Assembly: GCA_046350775.1 (NCBI GenBank)
Contig: JAXLZS010000001.1
Location: 287,930-351,929 of the forward strand
Direction: 5' to 3'
Length of the DNA stretch: 64,000 bases
Source of the DNA: Minisyncoccota bacterium
GTDB taxonomy: Bacteria > Patescibacteriota > Minisyncoccia > Phycocordibacterales > UBA5272
Shown here piece after piece: positions 49,033-59,183 of this stretch (positions are counted from its first letter, which is position 1; each line of letters opens with the position of its first letter). Made by a program: the position numbers and the translations under genes. The notes under the pieces were generated by a model. That model did no database searches and had not been told where the DNA came from. It saw nothing but the letters and a program-made list of their open reading frames with translations.

Positions 49033-50379
49033 CTAAAATAGATCATCTCCTGTGATACTCTGACTTCTCTTGTTGTAATTTATTGATTTCTTTTGAAAGA
49101 AGTCTACATGTTTTGTCACTATCACCTCTTCATTAAACCAATTTGTCTCTTCCAATAATTTATTATCTACTTCAAAAATTCTTGGTAATCCTATACTGTC
49201 TAGAGAATTATTTAGTCTATTTTTAATAAATTCTAAGATTGTAGTTTTTGATAAAAAGTCGAGCTCTCCAGCCTCTAAAATCCAATCTACCACTATCTTT
49301 TCTGATTCGTAAGCTTCTTGGCATGCTTTGATAATAGTATTATTATATTCTTCGTCAAACCACTCTGGATGCTCTTTTTTAATTATATTTATGAGATCTA
49401 TACCAAAGAGACCATGAATCTGTTCTTCTTTTGAAGTTGCCTCTATAGCATTTGATATTCCAGCAAAAATTGATTTCCTTTTATTAAATGACATAATGAC
49501 TAAAAACTGAGAAAAGAGTGAGACATGCTCAATAAACAATGAAAACAAAAGTACTGAAAGTGCATAATCTTTATTGTCTTCACTTCTGGCATTGGCTATA
49601 CTTTTATCCAAATATTTCACTCTTTCCATCAATGCTGGTATATCTTTTATTTTTGAAAATTCTTCATTGAGACCAAGTAATTCTAAAAGATGCGCATAAG
49701 CATCTGTGTGTCTGACTTCACTTTCAGCAAAAGTGGCTCCCACGGCACCTATCTCTGGCTTTGGCATTTTTTTATAAATATCTCCCCAGAAACTTTTCAC
49801 CGCGACTTCTATTTGAGCAATAGCTAGCATTGAATTTTTAATTGCATTTCTTTCTACATCACTTACATTGACTTTAAAATCTTGTATATCTTTTAAAAAA
49901 TTAAATTCAGTATGGAGCCAATAAGAATGACGTATGGCACTCACATATTCATAAAGCTCCGGATATTCGTATGGTTTTAAATTTGTCCTTTTTGCAAATA
50001 TATCTCTCTTGCGCATCTTAGCTCTTTCGTCTCTATAGATAATATACGCCTTGGCTACAGTATGAAATTCTGAAGACATGAGAGACTCCTCCACCACATC
50101 TTGAATATCTTCTATCCAAAATGTCCCATTAGACATGTCTAATGTTTTTTTATCTATATCTTCACTATTTTTTTCTATCTTGCTTTTTGCTTCTTCTACT
50201 TTTTTCTCAAGAGAGACTGCGACTTTTTCTGCTACTTTTATCCCCTCTTCCAGAGTACCAGTCTCTACCGAAGACATTGCTTTATATATAGCATTGACTA
50301 TCTTTTCAATATCAAACTTTTGTAGACTTTCGTCTCTCTTTTTTACATATTTTAAATCTGTATTCACAAAAGGACTCAT
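49033..50379 (-). CDS. nrdB: ribonucleotide reductase beta subunit with N-terminal ATP cone (class Id-like)
   Basis: ATP cone VKKRD...FDIEKI...EDIQD.VE...AKAYIIYR; ferritin-like ligands EVAVK, EVRH..AY, IEH, EEQIH. Confidence 0.93.
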   Translation of the reverse strand: MSPFVNTDLKYVKKRDESLQKFDIEKIVNAIYKAMSSVETGTLEEGIKVAEKVAVSLEKKVEEAKSKIEKNSEDIDKKTLDMSNGTFWIEDIQDVVEESLMSSEFHTVAKAYIIYRDERAKMRKRDIFAKRTNLKPYEYPELYEYVSAIRHSYWLHTEFNFLKDIQDFKVNVSDVERNAIKNSMLAIAQIEVAVKSFWGDIYKKMPKPEIGAVGATFAESEVRHTDAYAHLLELLGLNEEFSKIKDIPALMERVKYLDKSIANARSEDNKDYALSVLLFSLFIEHVSLFSQFLVIMSFNKRKSIFAGISNAIEATSKEEQIHGLFGIDLINIIKKEHPEWFDEEYNNTIIKACQEAYESEKIVVDWILEAGELDFLSKTTILEFIKNRLNNSLDSIGLPRIFEVDNKLLEETNWFNEEVIVTKHVDFFQKKSINYNKRSQSITGDDLF

Positions 50380-50576
50380 AAATTTATTTTAATTAAAGCT
50401 AATAAATTAAAAAGCTTGGGTGAAAAAACAAACATACTTACGATTTATATATCTTACAATATTTTTTATATTTTTCTTAAAATACAAAAAAATAAAAATC
50501 ACTTATTTGACAAAGTGATAATTTATTGTAACTACAAAATATTTTAGAAAAAGACCTGTCAAGTAATGAGTAAATC

Positions 50577-51842
50577 TTAGCTTTTTTTGATTTTATTTCT
50601 TAAGAATTTATGATAGGAAATAGCAAATCTGTGAGCTTCTAAATTTGCTAAAATTATAAATCTATTGTAATCTTGATTTTTTGATTTTTCCACAAGATTT
50701 TCATAAAGGACCTCCCTCGCCCTATGTTTATCGTCTTTAACTACTGACACAAGTTTTATATTTTTATATTCTATGAATTTTCTAGCAAAATTTAGATGAG
50801 TCTTTCCTCCATCTATCACCACAATATCAGGATAAGACCACTCACTATGCTTAAATCTTCTTTTTAATAACTCTTCTAATCCACCAAGATCGTCATTTAC
50901 TTTTTCAGAAAGTTTAAATTTTTTATATTCGCTCTTTTTATATTCCAGCTCACCATTAATTATCTCAAATCGACACATGACACCCACTCTATATGATCCA
51001 GATATGTGTGCCACATCAAACGATTCAAGAGTTAAAGCTGTATTCTTATCTTTAAACATATTTTGATTGGTTTTTATAAGAGATAAATCGTTTAGATGAT
51101 TTAGAGAAAATATTTTATCTCTTATCTTGCCAGCTTCTTCGAATTTTTTTTCTTTAGACTCTTTTTTCATTTCTTTTTCTAAAGATTTTAAAATAGATTT
51201 TGTATCTCCATCCAAGATTTTTTCTAGAGCTTTTATATTTTTTGCATAATTTGTTTTTGAAATTTTTCCAATACAAACTCCAGGACAGAGTCCTATCTGA
51301 TAATTAAAGCAACCTCTTTTTTCTCCTGTCTTACATTTATCTCGATATGGGAAAATTTTTCTCAAAATCTTCATGATAGATACCAGCTCTGCTTTTGAGA
51401 CAAAAGGTCCGAATCTTTTCCCTATTTCAATATCATGAGACTCGTCTATTTCTTTTTCCCTCATTATTAAAACTCTAGGAAATTCTTCTTTAGTAATAAC
51501 AATAAAAGAATGACTTTTATCATCTTTTTCTTTAGTATTAAAAAATGGAGAATATTTTTTAATATATTTTGATTCCAAAATTATCGCCTCAAGTACAGAG
51601 CTGGTCTCAACAAAAAATAATCCTTTTGCATTTTCTACCATGCTACGTATTTTTACACCTCTAGTATTTATGAGATCAGAAGAAAAATAGCTGCCGACTC
51701 TGTCTTTGAGACTTGTCGCCTTACCGATATATAGGATGTTTTCTTTTTTTGGAAAAGATGAATTGGATCCTTTTTTATCAAGAAAGAAATATACTCCTGG
51801 CTTTTCAGGTAATTTATACTTTTTAAAATCCTCTTTTTTCAT
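50577..51842 (-). CDS. uvrC: excinuclease ABC subunit C-like, lacking C-terminal HhH
   Basis: GIY-YIG (PGVY, YIGKA), UVR domain (FEEAGKIRD), FDVAHISG, IDGG, EAHRFAI. Confidence 0.88.
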   Translation of the reverse strand: MKKEDFKKYKLPEKPGVYFFLDKKGSNSSFPKKENILYIGKATSLKDRVGSYFSSDLINTRGVKIRSMVENAKGLFFVETSSVLEAIILESKYIKKYSPFFNTKEKDDKSHSFIVITKEEFPRVLIMREKEIDESHDIEIGKRFGPFVSKAELVSIMKILRKIFPYRDKCKTGEKRGCFNYQIGLCPGVCIGKISKTNYAKNIKALEKILDGDTKSILKSLEKEMKKESKEKKFEEAGKIRDKIFSLNHLNDLSLIKTNQNMFKDKNTALTLESFDVAHISGSYRVGVMCRFEIINGELEYKKSEYKKFKLSEKVNDDLGGLEELLKRRFKHSEWSYPDIVVIDGGKTHLNFARKFIEYKNIKLVSVVKDDKHRAREVLYENLVEKSKNQDYNRFIILANLEAHRFAISYHKFLRNKIKKS

Positions 51843-51881
51843 GTGCTTAATATAGCAAAAATAAGATATTTAATAAAATAA

Positions 51882-51909
51882 AAAAAGACAACGTATAAGC
51901 TGTCTTTTT
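51882..51909 (-). terminator. terminator
   Basis: AAAAAGACA/TGTCTTTTT. Confidence 0.6.
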
Positions 51910-51917
51910 TAAACTCT

Positions 51918-52430
51918 TCACTTGATATAAGGCGGAAGTGATTTCTGTTGCATCGAAAAATTAAAGGAATTTCTATTTTGTTTTACTGCCAAAAAAAGAG
52001 TGCTTTTATCATAATGATCCCCTTTGGAATAGAAGCCCAGCTCCACACCTCTCTTTGTTGAAATAATCCTCGGATTAAGTGGGTACGGAATTTTTATTAT
52101 TGTATCCAAAGCTAATACATCAAAATCCTCAAATCCGGAAATAAAATTACCTTTTTTCATAATTTCCCTAAACATTAACAAGTGAAGCAAATCTCCCGAT
52201 AAAAAACCTTCTTTTGCGCATAAATTAAGAACATAATCATATCTCAACAGCATTGGATATGTCTCTTCAGAGATTATACAAAAAGGTACGTTTCTATCCA
52301 AAATAGAATAATCAAAATACCCGACAGAATTGTAAAAGCCATGAACAGAATCATATTCTCCTTTCTTTATCAATTGCGAAAGAGATAAACCTGGCTCCAT
52401 GTTAAGAACACCTTCATGAATTATTTTCAT
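51918..52430 (-). CDS. orphan hypothetical protein
   Basis: start at MKIIHE; upstream TTTACA-17-TATAAT. Confidence 0.7.
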   Translation of the reverse strand: MKIIHEGVLNMEPGLSLSQLIKKGEYDSVHGFYNSVGYFDYSILDRNVPFCIISEETYPMLLRYDYVLNLCAKEGFLSGDLLHLLMFREIMKKGNFISGFEDFDVLALDTIIKIPYPLNPRIISTKRGVELGFYSKGDHYDKSTLFLAVKQNRNSFNFSMQQKSLPPYIK

Positions 52431-52511
52431 AATTACAATTTTTAGATTTGAAAAATAAAAACTAACCAAATAAAATTATAACACAATTTTATTTAAATGT
52501 AAACATAAAAA

Positions 52512-53705
52512 CTATTCAAAAACTTTTAATTCTGTGAAGACAGATCTAAATAATTCTAAAGTATTTCTCGCCATCCTATCTGTTAGGACAAATTTTGATC
52601 CGTCATGAGCGATCCTATTTCTCATTTTGTGTGCAGCCCAAGCAAGATCAAGAGTATTGAAATTTGCTGATTTCAATTTGTCAGATACAGTCATACCAGC
52701 ATATCCCCTGTCATCCAAAATATCACTAAGTAAATTGTCAGCCTCTAGTATACCAATACGCCAAAGAGCTTCTTCTTTACCTTCCATATAATTTATAATT
52801 ATATTCCATTTTTCTTTGTATCCTCTTTTTCGATTTTCAAACTCAAGATTTTGCATTTTGTTTATTCTGTCTGCACGCAAATTTTCTACCGACTCAATAT
52901 TTTTATTTTTTTCTTGATTAAAATCCTTAACGTCATCATCTATTTTAATTTTTATTAAATTTTTACTTTTTAAATTATTTTTTGGAACATAATTTAAAAG
53001 TAGATTATTCTCTATTTCAATTTTTTCATCCATTTCTCTTACCTCTTCTTTTGTAAAATCTTCTCGCTCTATTGGTAGACCCATGATGCCAGCCGGAAAA
53101 TCTTCTGCCACTTTTTCTTCAAATTTTTTTATTTCTTTTGGCACTTCTGAAATCCTCTGATTTTCAAGATCAGATTTAATTTTTTCTTGTTGTTCTAGCC
53201 AGACTTTTTCTTTTTCAGATTTTTTGAGAGCTTTAGCTTCGTCTCTAGCTTTTTGTTTTTTTTCTTTTATTGGAGTCATTGTTCTTATAAACCATTTAAA
53301 TAATCCATAAATTAAAAACATCATCGCAAAAAAAGCAACCACACTAACTACGTCTGCACAAAAAGAGAGAATTGGGTTTTGTATAGAAAAATGTAAATTT
53401 TTAAACCAAGGATCATTGCTGGCTTGTGAAGCTGAAAAGTCTGCGTTTGGGAAAATACGACTCCACCAATGTGAACTAGAATTACCCAAATATACCAAAC
53501 CATCAGATGATGGTACTGGTGATATAGATGTATCTGGAGTACCTATCCATCCTCTAGCTATAAGACCATCATAAGTATCACTTTTATGATCAGCTATATA
53601 GTCAGCAGGATTAATCCTTAATATCCAAAATAAAATAGCATAACGAATAGCCAAAAGAACATTGTAGGCCACATTAAAGATGTAATCAAAATTAAAAGAA
53701 TACAT
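52512..53705 (-). CDS. membrane protein with C-terminal HEPN/DUF4145-like domain
   Basis: TM segments; WR.GILEAD...AWAAHKMRNRIAH (RxxxxH). Confidence 0.7.
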   Translation of the reverse strand: MYSFNFDYIFNVAYNVLLAIRYAILFWILRINPADYIADHKSDTYDGLIARGWIGTPDTSISPVPSSDGLVYLGNSSSHWWSRIFPNADFSASQASNDPWFKNLHFSIQNPILSFCADVVSVVAFFAMMFLIYGLFKWFIRTMTPIKEKKQKARDEAKALKKSEKEKVWLEQQEKIKSDLENQRISEVPKEIKKFEEKVAEDFPAGIMGLPIEREDFTKEEVREMDEKIEIENNLLLNYVPKNNLKSKNLIKIKIDDDVKDFNQEKNKNIESVENLRADRINKMQNLEFENRKRGYKEKWNIIINYMEGKEEALWRIGILEADNLLSDILDDRGYAGMTVSDKLKSANFNTLDLAWAAHKMRNRIAHDGSKFVLTDRMARNTLELFRSVFTELKVFE

Positions 53706-53775
53706 GAAAATATTTATTGATTTCTATTTAATTCAATTATATCACAAATGAATTTTTAGAGTTTTTTCAAAGTAA

Positions 53776-55206
53776 TTATAAAATACTCTCTAAATCTTTG
53801 GCTATTTTAAATAGCTTTTTATCTTCAAATAAATCAGCCACAAGATGTATACCTTTTGGTAAATTATTTTCATTTACCTGACTTCTTTTAGTAGTTGGTA
53901 CAGAAATAGCTGGTGCGCCAATAATGTTGGCAGGAACAGTGAACAGATCAACCAGATACATTTGTAAAGGATCATTAATCTCACCAAACTTCCAAGGTTT
54001 TACGGCACTTGCCGGTGTCAGAATAGCGTCCACTTTTTCAAAAGCTTTTTTAAATTGCATCTTTAAAACCTCTCGAGCGGTCACGGCCTTATTATAATAA
54101 GCATCAAAATATCCGGCGCTCAAAATATAAGTGCCAAGTAAAATTCTTCTTCTCACTTCATCGCCTAGTCCAGCTGTACGAGAATTAATAAAATTTTGTA
54201 CAGTATTTTCTCCTGGTACTGAGAGTCCATATCTTACACCGTCATAGCGGCCCATATTTGAAGAAACTTCTGCTGGACATATCACATAATAAATAGCGAG
54301 AGCCTTGTCTATATCAGTTATATCTACTTCAATTATCTCATATCCTAAAGATTTAAAATTTTCAATTTGCTTTTCAAAATCTTTCCAGATATCACTATCT
54401 ATAGCATTTTTCATTTTATCTTCTAATAAAATCTTTGGTATACCGATTTTCTTTTTTAATTCAAAATTATTATTTTTAATTCTCACTTCTTCTGATATGC
54501 TTGTAGCATCATGCTCATCGTAAAATGATATAGCATCAAAAAGGCATTCAGCATCGTCTACGTTATTTGCAAATGGACCAATCTGATCCAGTGAAGAACC
54601 CATCGCCATGAGACCATATCTAGAGACAGATCCATATGTAGGCTTGAATCCTACAAGATTTGTAAAATTTGCTGGCAATCTGATAGATCCACCTGTATCA
54701 CTACCAAGTGATAATGGTACATATCCAGCAGAAACAGAAGCCGCTGACCCAGCACTTGATCCTCCCGGCACTCTTGATAGATCTATAGGATTTTTTGTAT
54801 TTCCAAAAGCAGAAGTCTCTCCTGAAGAGCCCATAGCAAACTCATCCATATTGGCATGTCCAATAAGTACAGCTCCCAATGATTTTAACTTAGTCACTAC
54901 ACTAGCATCATAGGTTGAAATATAATTTTCTAGCATCTTACTACCAGCGCAAGCTTTTTCGCCTTTTACTAAAATATTATCTTTTAACATTATTGGCACA
55001 CCTGTCAGCTTTGTCGCTCTGCCCTCATCAATCATCTTTTGAGCTTTTTCTATCTGATCATTTAAAAAATTATCAGAATAAAGACCAACTACAGCATTTA
55101 TGTCTTTATCATTTTGATTGATAATAGAGATAGATTCAGAGACTATATCTCTTACTGTTTTCTTTTTAGAAATCAACTCTTCGTGGATTTGTGATAATGT
55201 TTTCAT
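53776..55206 (-). CDS. gatA: Asp/Glu-tRNA amidotransferase subunit A
   Basis: KDN, NMDEFAMGSS, GGSSAGS, GSDTGGSIR, RRILLG. Confidence 0.96.
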   Translation of the reverse strand: MKTLSQIHEELISKKKTVRDIVSESISIINQNDKDINAVVGLYSDNFLNDQIEKAQKMIDEGRATKLTGVPIMLKDNILVKGEKACAGSKMLENYISTYDASVVTKLKSLGAVLIGHANMDEFAMGSSGETSAFGNTKNPIDLSRVPGGSSAGSAASVSAGYVPLSLGSDTGGSIRLPANFTNLVGFKPTYGSVSRYGLMAMGSSLDQIGPFANNVDDAECLFDAISFYDEHDATSISEEVRIKNNNFELKKKIGIPKILLEDKMKNAIDSDIWKDFEKQIENFKSLGYEIIEVDITDIDKALAIYYVICPAEVSSNMGRYDGVRYGLSVPGENTVQNFINSRTAGLGDEVRRRILLGTYILSAGYFDAYYNKAVTAREVLKMQFKKAFEKVDAILTPASAVKPWKFGEINDPLQMYLVDLFTVPANIIGAPAISVPTTKRSQVNENNLPKGIHLVADLFEDKKLFKIAKDLESIL

Positions 55207-55207
55207 A

Positions 55208-55546
55208 TTATTTTTTATGTTTATCTAAGACTTGAGATACTTTTACAAAATCTTTTTCTCTAGCTGGCGCATCTTCTAGTAATATTTCAGTATTTGAACC
55301 TGGCTGATTTAAAACCAAATCATCTCTGACTCTATCTCTATTTTGAGAATCTAAAAATTGTTTACCATAATTTTCTCCACCACTAGATTCTACATTTCCG
55401 CTGGCCATCTCAGAGACTTGGCCAACGTAAGCAAGTATCTCTTTCATCTCTACTAAAAATTTTTCTTTTTCTTCTTCGGTCAAATTCAACCTAGAAAGCA
55501 TCGCCACATTTTCCAAATCCTTTTTTGTAAATTCTATATTAGACAT
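55208..55546 (-). CDS. gatC: Asp/Glu-tRNA amidotransferase subunit C
   Basis: VA.LSRL, IL.YV, RDD, AP....FVKV; adjacent to gatA. Confidence 0.9.
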   Translation of the reverse strand: MSNIEFTKKDLENVAMLSRLNLTEEEKEKFLVEMKEILAYVGQVSEMASGNVESSGGENYGKQFLDSQNRDRVRDDLVLNQPGSNTEILLEDAPAREKDFVKVSQVLDKHKK

Positions 55547-55578
55547 ATATTTATAAATCTATTCTATCAAAAAAAAGT

Positions 55579-57669
55579 TTATTTTAAAAGCTTATTAAAC
55601 TCTTCTTCATTTATAATTTTCACACCTAATTCTCTTGCTGTCTTTTCTTTACTAGAAATTTTTCCACCTTTTTCATCATTTTCTCCAAGCAATACATAGT
55701 CTGTTTTTTTGGATACAGAAGAAGCCACTTTTCCTCCTAAATTCTCGATAATATCCATAAAATCCTCCCTGGGGCGACTCAAGGCTCCAGTTATGACGAA
55801 AACCCTATTAGCCAATAAAGATTCTGACTTTTTAGTATTTTTTACGCTTGATGCAGGATTTTGAATATCAACTATTTTTAATATCTCTTTTAAAAATATC
55901 TTGTTTCTTTCACTTTCAAAATAATTCATAAGAGATTCTAGACTTTTTTCACCTATCCCCTCCACTCCAAATTCTTCTTTAAGATCTTTTAATTCTAATT
56001 TATTTCTTTTTTTAGAAATATCTAGAACTGCTTCTTGAAAACTTCTAAAGCTTCCAAATTTTTTAGCAATATCTTTCGCTGTCGTTTCTCCAACTTGGCG
56101 AATACCGAGTGCATAAATAAATTTATTTAGTGTAATATTCTTTGAAACATTTATTGCCCTGATCAAATTGTCAGCACTTTTTTCTCCAAATCCTTCCAAT
56201 CCTTCGATATCTTCTTTTTTTAATTTAAATATGTCCAGTACATTTCGCACGAGTCCTAGATCATAAAACTCATCTATTATCCTTTCTCCCATACCATCAA
56301 TATTAAAAGCTTTTTTTGAGACAAAATATGTAAAATATTCTCGATGTTTAGCTTCACATTCTTCATTTTTACAAAATAGACCAGTACTAAATCCAGACTT
56401 GTTTAATTTATTTTCTTCTCTCATCAATTTTGAATTACAGACCGGACAATTTGTTGGCATTAAAAATTTTTTAGAATTTTTAGGACGAAGCTCTTTTATT
56501 ACAGAGACTATTTCAGGTATCACATCCCCTGCTTTTCTGACTATCACAGTATCACCTACTCGCACATCGAGCCTCTCTATCTCTTCTACATTGTGTAGTG
56601 TGGCACGCTTCACTCTCGATCCATAAACCAAAACTTCTTCGAGCTCTGCGACAGGAGTAGCGACTCCAGTACGACCAATTTGGACAGTGATGCCTTTGAT
56701 TTTCGTAGAAACTTCTTCGGCTGGAAATTTGTATGCGATACCAGCACGAGGAGCTTTTGCTGTAAAACCAAGAGTGTCAGAGATTCCTTTTTCATTGATT
56801 TTTATGACGAGCCCATCTATGCCATATTCTTCATCTTCCCTTTTTTCCTTCCACTCCTCATACATTTTTTCTACTTCTTCTAAATTTTTACAAAGCTTAA
56901 AATGCTCATTTACTAAAAAATTATTTTCTTTTAAAAATTTTAATTCTTCTATTTGAGTTTTAAAAGTTCCACCTTCTATATCATAAGCAAAGACTTTTAA
57001 ATTTCTTTTTGCGACTATTTTTGTATCGAGCTGGCGAAGTGTACCTGCTGCGAGATTTCTTGTGTTTGCATATGTTGGTAAATTATTTTTTTCTTGTTCA
57101 AGATTTATTTTTGTAAGTTCATTTTTAGAAATGAAGGCTTCGCCCATCACTGTCACATTTATTTTTTCTTTAAGATTTAAAGGGATTGATTTTATTGTCC
57201 GGATATTTTCTGTTATATCTTCACCGATTTCTCCATCGCCTCGCGTTGCACCTCTTACAAGCTTTCCATCTTTATATGTGAGTACGACTTTTAATCCGTC
57301 TATTTTTAACTCAACGACATAATCAAACTTATGATTAAAATTATTTTTCTCTAAGATATTAATATTTCTTTCTTCCCAATCTTTTAATTCATCAAAATTA
57401 AAGACATTATCAAAGCTCCACTGTCTGACCTCGTGCTTTACTTTTTCAAAATGATCCAATACTATACCACCGACTTTTTTACTAGGACTATTTGGATCAT
57501 CAAATTCTGGATTTTCTTTTTCAAGAGATATTAGCTCTGAAATAAGAGAGTCATAAACAGTATCCCCTATTTCAGGATTATCAAGCACATGATAAAGATA
57601 CTGATGCTTTGCGACCAAAATCCTTAATTCTTCTATTCTTTTCTTGATAGCATCTTTATTATTTTTCAT
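55579..57669 (-). CDS. ligA: NAD-dependent DNA ligase
   Basis: ELKIDG, TRGDG, Zn-finger Cys, HhH repeats, BRCT domain. Confidence 0.97.
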   Translation of the reverse strand: MKNNKDAIKKRIEELRILVAKHQYLYHVLDNPEIGDTVYDSLISELISLEKENPEFDDPNSPSKKVGGIVLDHFEKVKHEVRQWSFDNVFNFDELKDWEERNINILEKNNFNHKFDYVVELKIDGLKVVLTYKDGKLVRGATRGDGEIGEDITENIRTIKSIPLNLKEKINVTVMGEAFISKNELTKINLEQEKNNLPTYANTRNLAAGTLRQLDTKIVAKRNLKVFAYDIEGGTFKTQIEELKFLKENNFLVNEHFKLCKNLEEVEKMYEEWKEKREDEEYGIDGLVIKINEKGISDTLGFTAKAPRAGIAYKFPAEEVSTKIKGITVQIGRTGVATPVAELEEVLVYGSRVKRATLHNVEEIERLDVRVGDTVIVRKAGDVIPEIVSVIKELRPKNSKKFLMPTNCPVCNSKLMREENKLNKSGFSTGLFCKNEECEAKHREYFTYFVSKKAFNIDGMGERIIDEFYDLGLVRNVLDIFKLKKEDIEGLEGFGEKSADNLIRAINVSKNITLNKFIYALGIRQVGETTAKDIAKKFGSFRSFQEAVLDISKKRNKLELKDLKEEFGVEGIGEKSLESLMNYFESERNKIFLKEILKIVDIQNPASSVKNTKKSESLLANRVFVITGALSRPREDFMDIIENLGGKVASSVSKKTDYVLLGENDEKGGKISSKEKTARELGVKIINEEEFNKLLK

Positions 57670-57691
57670 TGTCTAATTATAGCAAAAATAG

Positions 57692-58447
57692 CTATTCATT
57701 AGAATATCTATAAATAGTCCTACTGACTCTCGAAGGATCAGTACTTTTACAGCTAGAATATCCTGTAGAAGATATAGAAAAATAAGCTGTGGTATCAGTA
57801 GCTGTAGATTTAGTCTTTGCAAATTCTACTAGAGCACATCTGTCTAATTGATCTCCTGTGTTTGGGTCGATTTGTCTAACTACAATTCCAAATGTGGTGG
57901 TAGCTTGTCCATTTTCACCTATTATATTATAAGAAGACTGTTTATTATTAAGTAGATCTTCCACAGATTGAGATGAAGGAGAGTATGTCTGAAATATTTT
58001 ATTATAAGTACCGTCACTTGAACAGTTAATATTGTAAATATTTTCTAAAGGAGTTTTAGAAAAATCAAAATTTGAAGGATTGTAAATAAAAACAGTACTT
58101 GTAGGAGCAAAGAAAATATTATTGGCAGCATTATCAACAAAATCCTGCTGTCCGGATTGAGATGAAGTGGAATTTAAAATCAAAGACACACCGACCGAGT
58201 CATCCTTGAAAACAGAGTCTAAATATTGTGCACATTCAAGACCAGCATCGGCAGCAAAGTATGCAGATTTACTATTTTCAAGAAGCTTTGAAAAATATAT
58301 TTCTTTGGTAATAATCCTAGAAACAGAAAAAGAAACTGTCAAAAGTATACCTACCACTATTAGAGCAAAAGCTAAAATATAACCCGACTCTAAATTGTTT
58401 TTATTATAATTTTTAAAAATTTTATTTAGCATATTTTTATCTCTCAT
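57692..58447 (-). CDS. PilX-like minor pilin
   Basis: G-YILAFAL class III-like signal lacking E5; AYFAADAGLEC. Confidence 0.75.
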   Translation of the reverse strand: MRDKNMLNKIFKNYNKNNLESGYILAFALIVVGILLTVSFSVSRIITKEIYFSKLLENSKSAYFAADAGLECAQYLDSVFKDDSVGVSLILNSTSSQSGQQDFVDNAANNIFFAPTSTVFIYNPSNFDFSKTPLENIYNINCSSDGTYNKIFQTYSPSSQSVEDLLNNKQSSYNIIGENGQATTTFGIVVRQIDPNTGDQLDRCALVEFAKTKSTATDTTAYFSISSTGYSSCKSTDPSRVSRTIYRYSNE

Positions 58448-59177
58448 AAATATAATCTACCACTGAAACAGATTTTTGTCCTGCAGCAAAGAGTCCATAA
58501 TTTGTATAAACTACATCTACTTGTATCATCAAAGTATTGTCTGAAATTTTTGTAATCTTAGTCTTTCTTTTAAAGACTGTAGACGAACCTTTAGAGCAAG
58601 AATATCCATAAATTTGATCAAATGATAAATTTACACAACTACTACCATAATCTATTATGTTTAAATTTTTTGGATTAGAAACAAAAGAGTCGTCGTCTAT
58701 AAAATACTCTTTAGGTGGTATGGTATTATCTGGAAAATTATTACCACTAGAAAAAGTAGAAGCTACAAACATCTTCCATGATATATTTCTGGGATTAGTA
58801 TTTGGAGTAGAAGATATGTCATTTGACCCTATAAAATTTGTAGGGACTTGCATACCAATATCACCTTCTTCTCCACAATAAGCATTGTTTATTGTTGTGA
58901 TGTTTGTAGTGTCATCTGTTGATGTATCTAAATAAATATTACTACAAGCTAAAGCAAAATCATCACGATAATTTTTAAAATTTTCCACTACCTCTTCGGC
59001 TAAATATGAAGCTATGACTCTATTTTTATTTTGTATAATAGTATTTATTGCATTCATCGCGAGAGTTAATGGACCAATCACAGCTATCAAAATAAGAGCA
59101 ATAGACACGAGGGCTTCGATCAAAGTAAATCCATCACCTGCTTTATTTTTTATATTTTTAAAAATGATTTTTAACAT
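58437..59177 (-). CDS. prepilin, PilV-like minor pilin
   Basis: GFTLIEALV, ASYLAEE..E. Confidence 0.85.
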   Translation of the reverse strand: MLKIIFKNIKNKAGDGFTLIEALVSIALILIAVIGPLTLAMNAINTIIQNKNRVIASYLAEEVVENFKNYRDDFALACSNIYLDTSTDDTTNITTINNAYCGEEGDIGMQVPTNFIGSNDISSTPNTNPRNISWKMFVASTFSSGNNFPDNTIPPKEYFIDDDSFVSNPKNLNIIDYGSSCVNLSFDQIYGYSCSKGSSTVFKRKTKITKISDNTLMIQVDVVYTNYGLFAAGQKSVSVVDYIYER

Positions 59178-59183
59178 AAAATT

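Noticed and set aside
50495-50550. Possible NrdR boxes upstream of nrdB
   Set aside because: The AT-rich palindromes do not convincingly match the NrdR consensus
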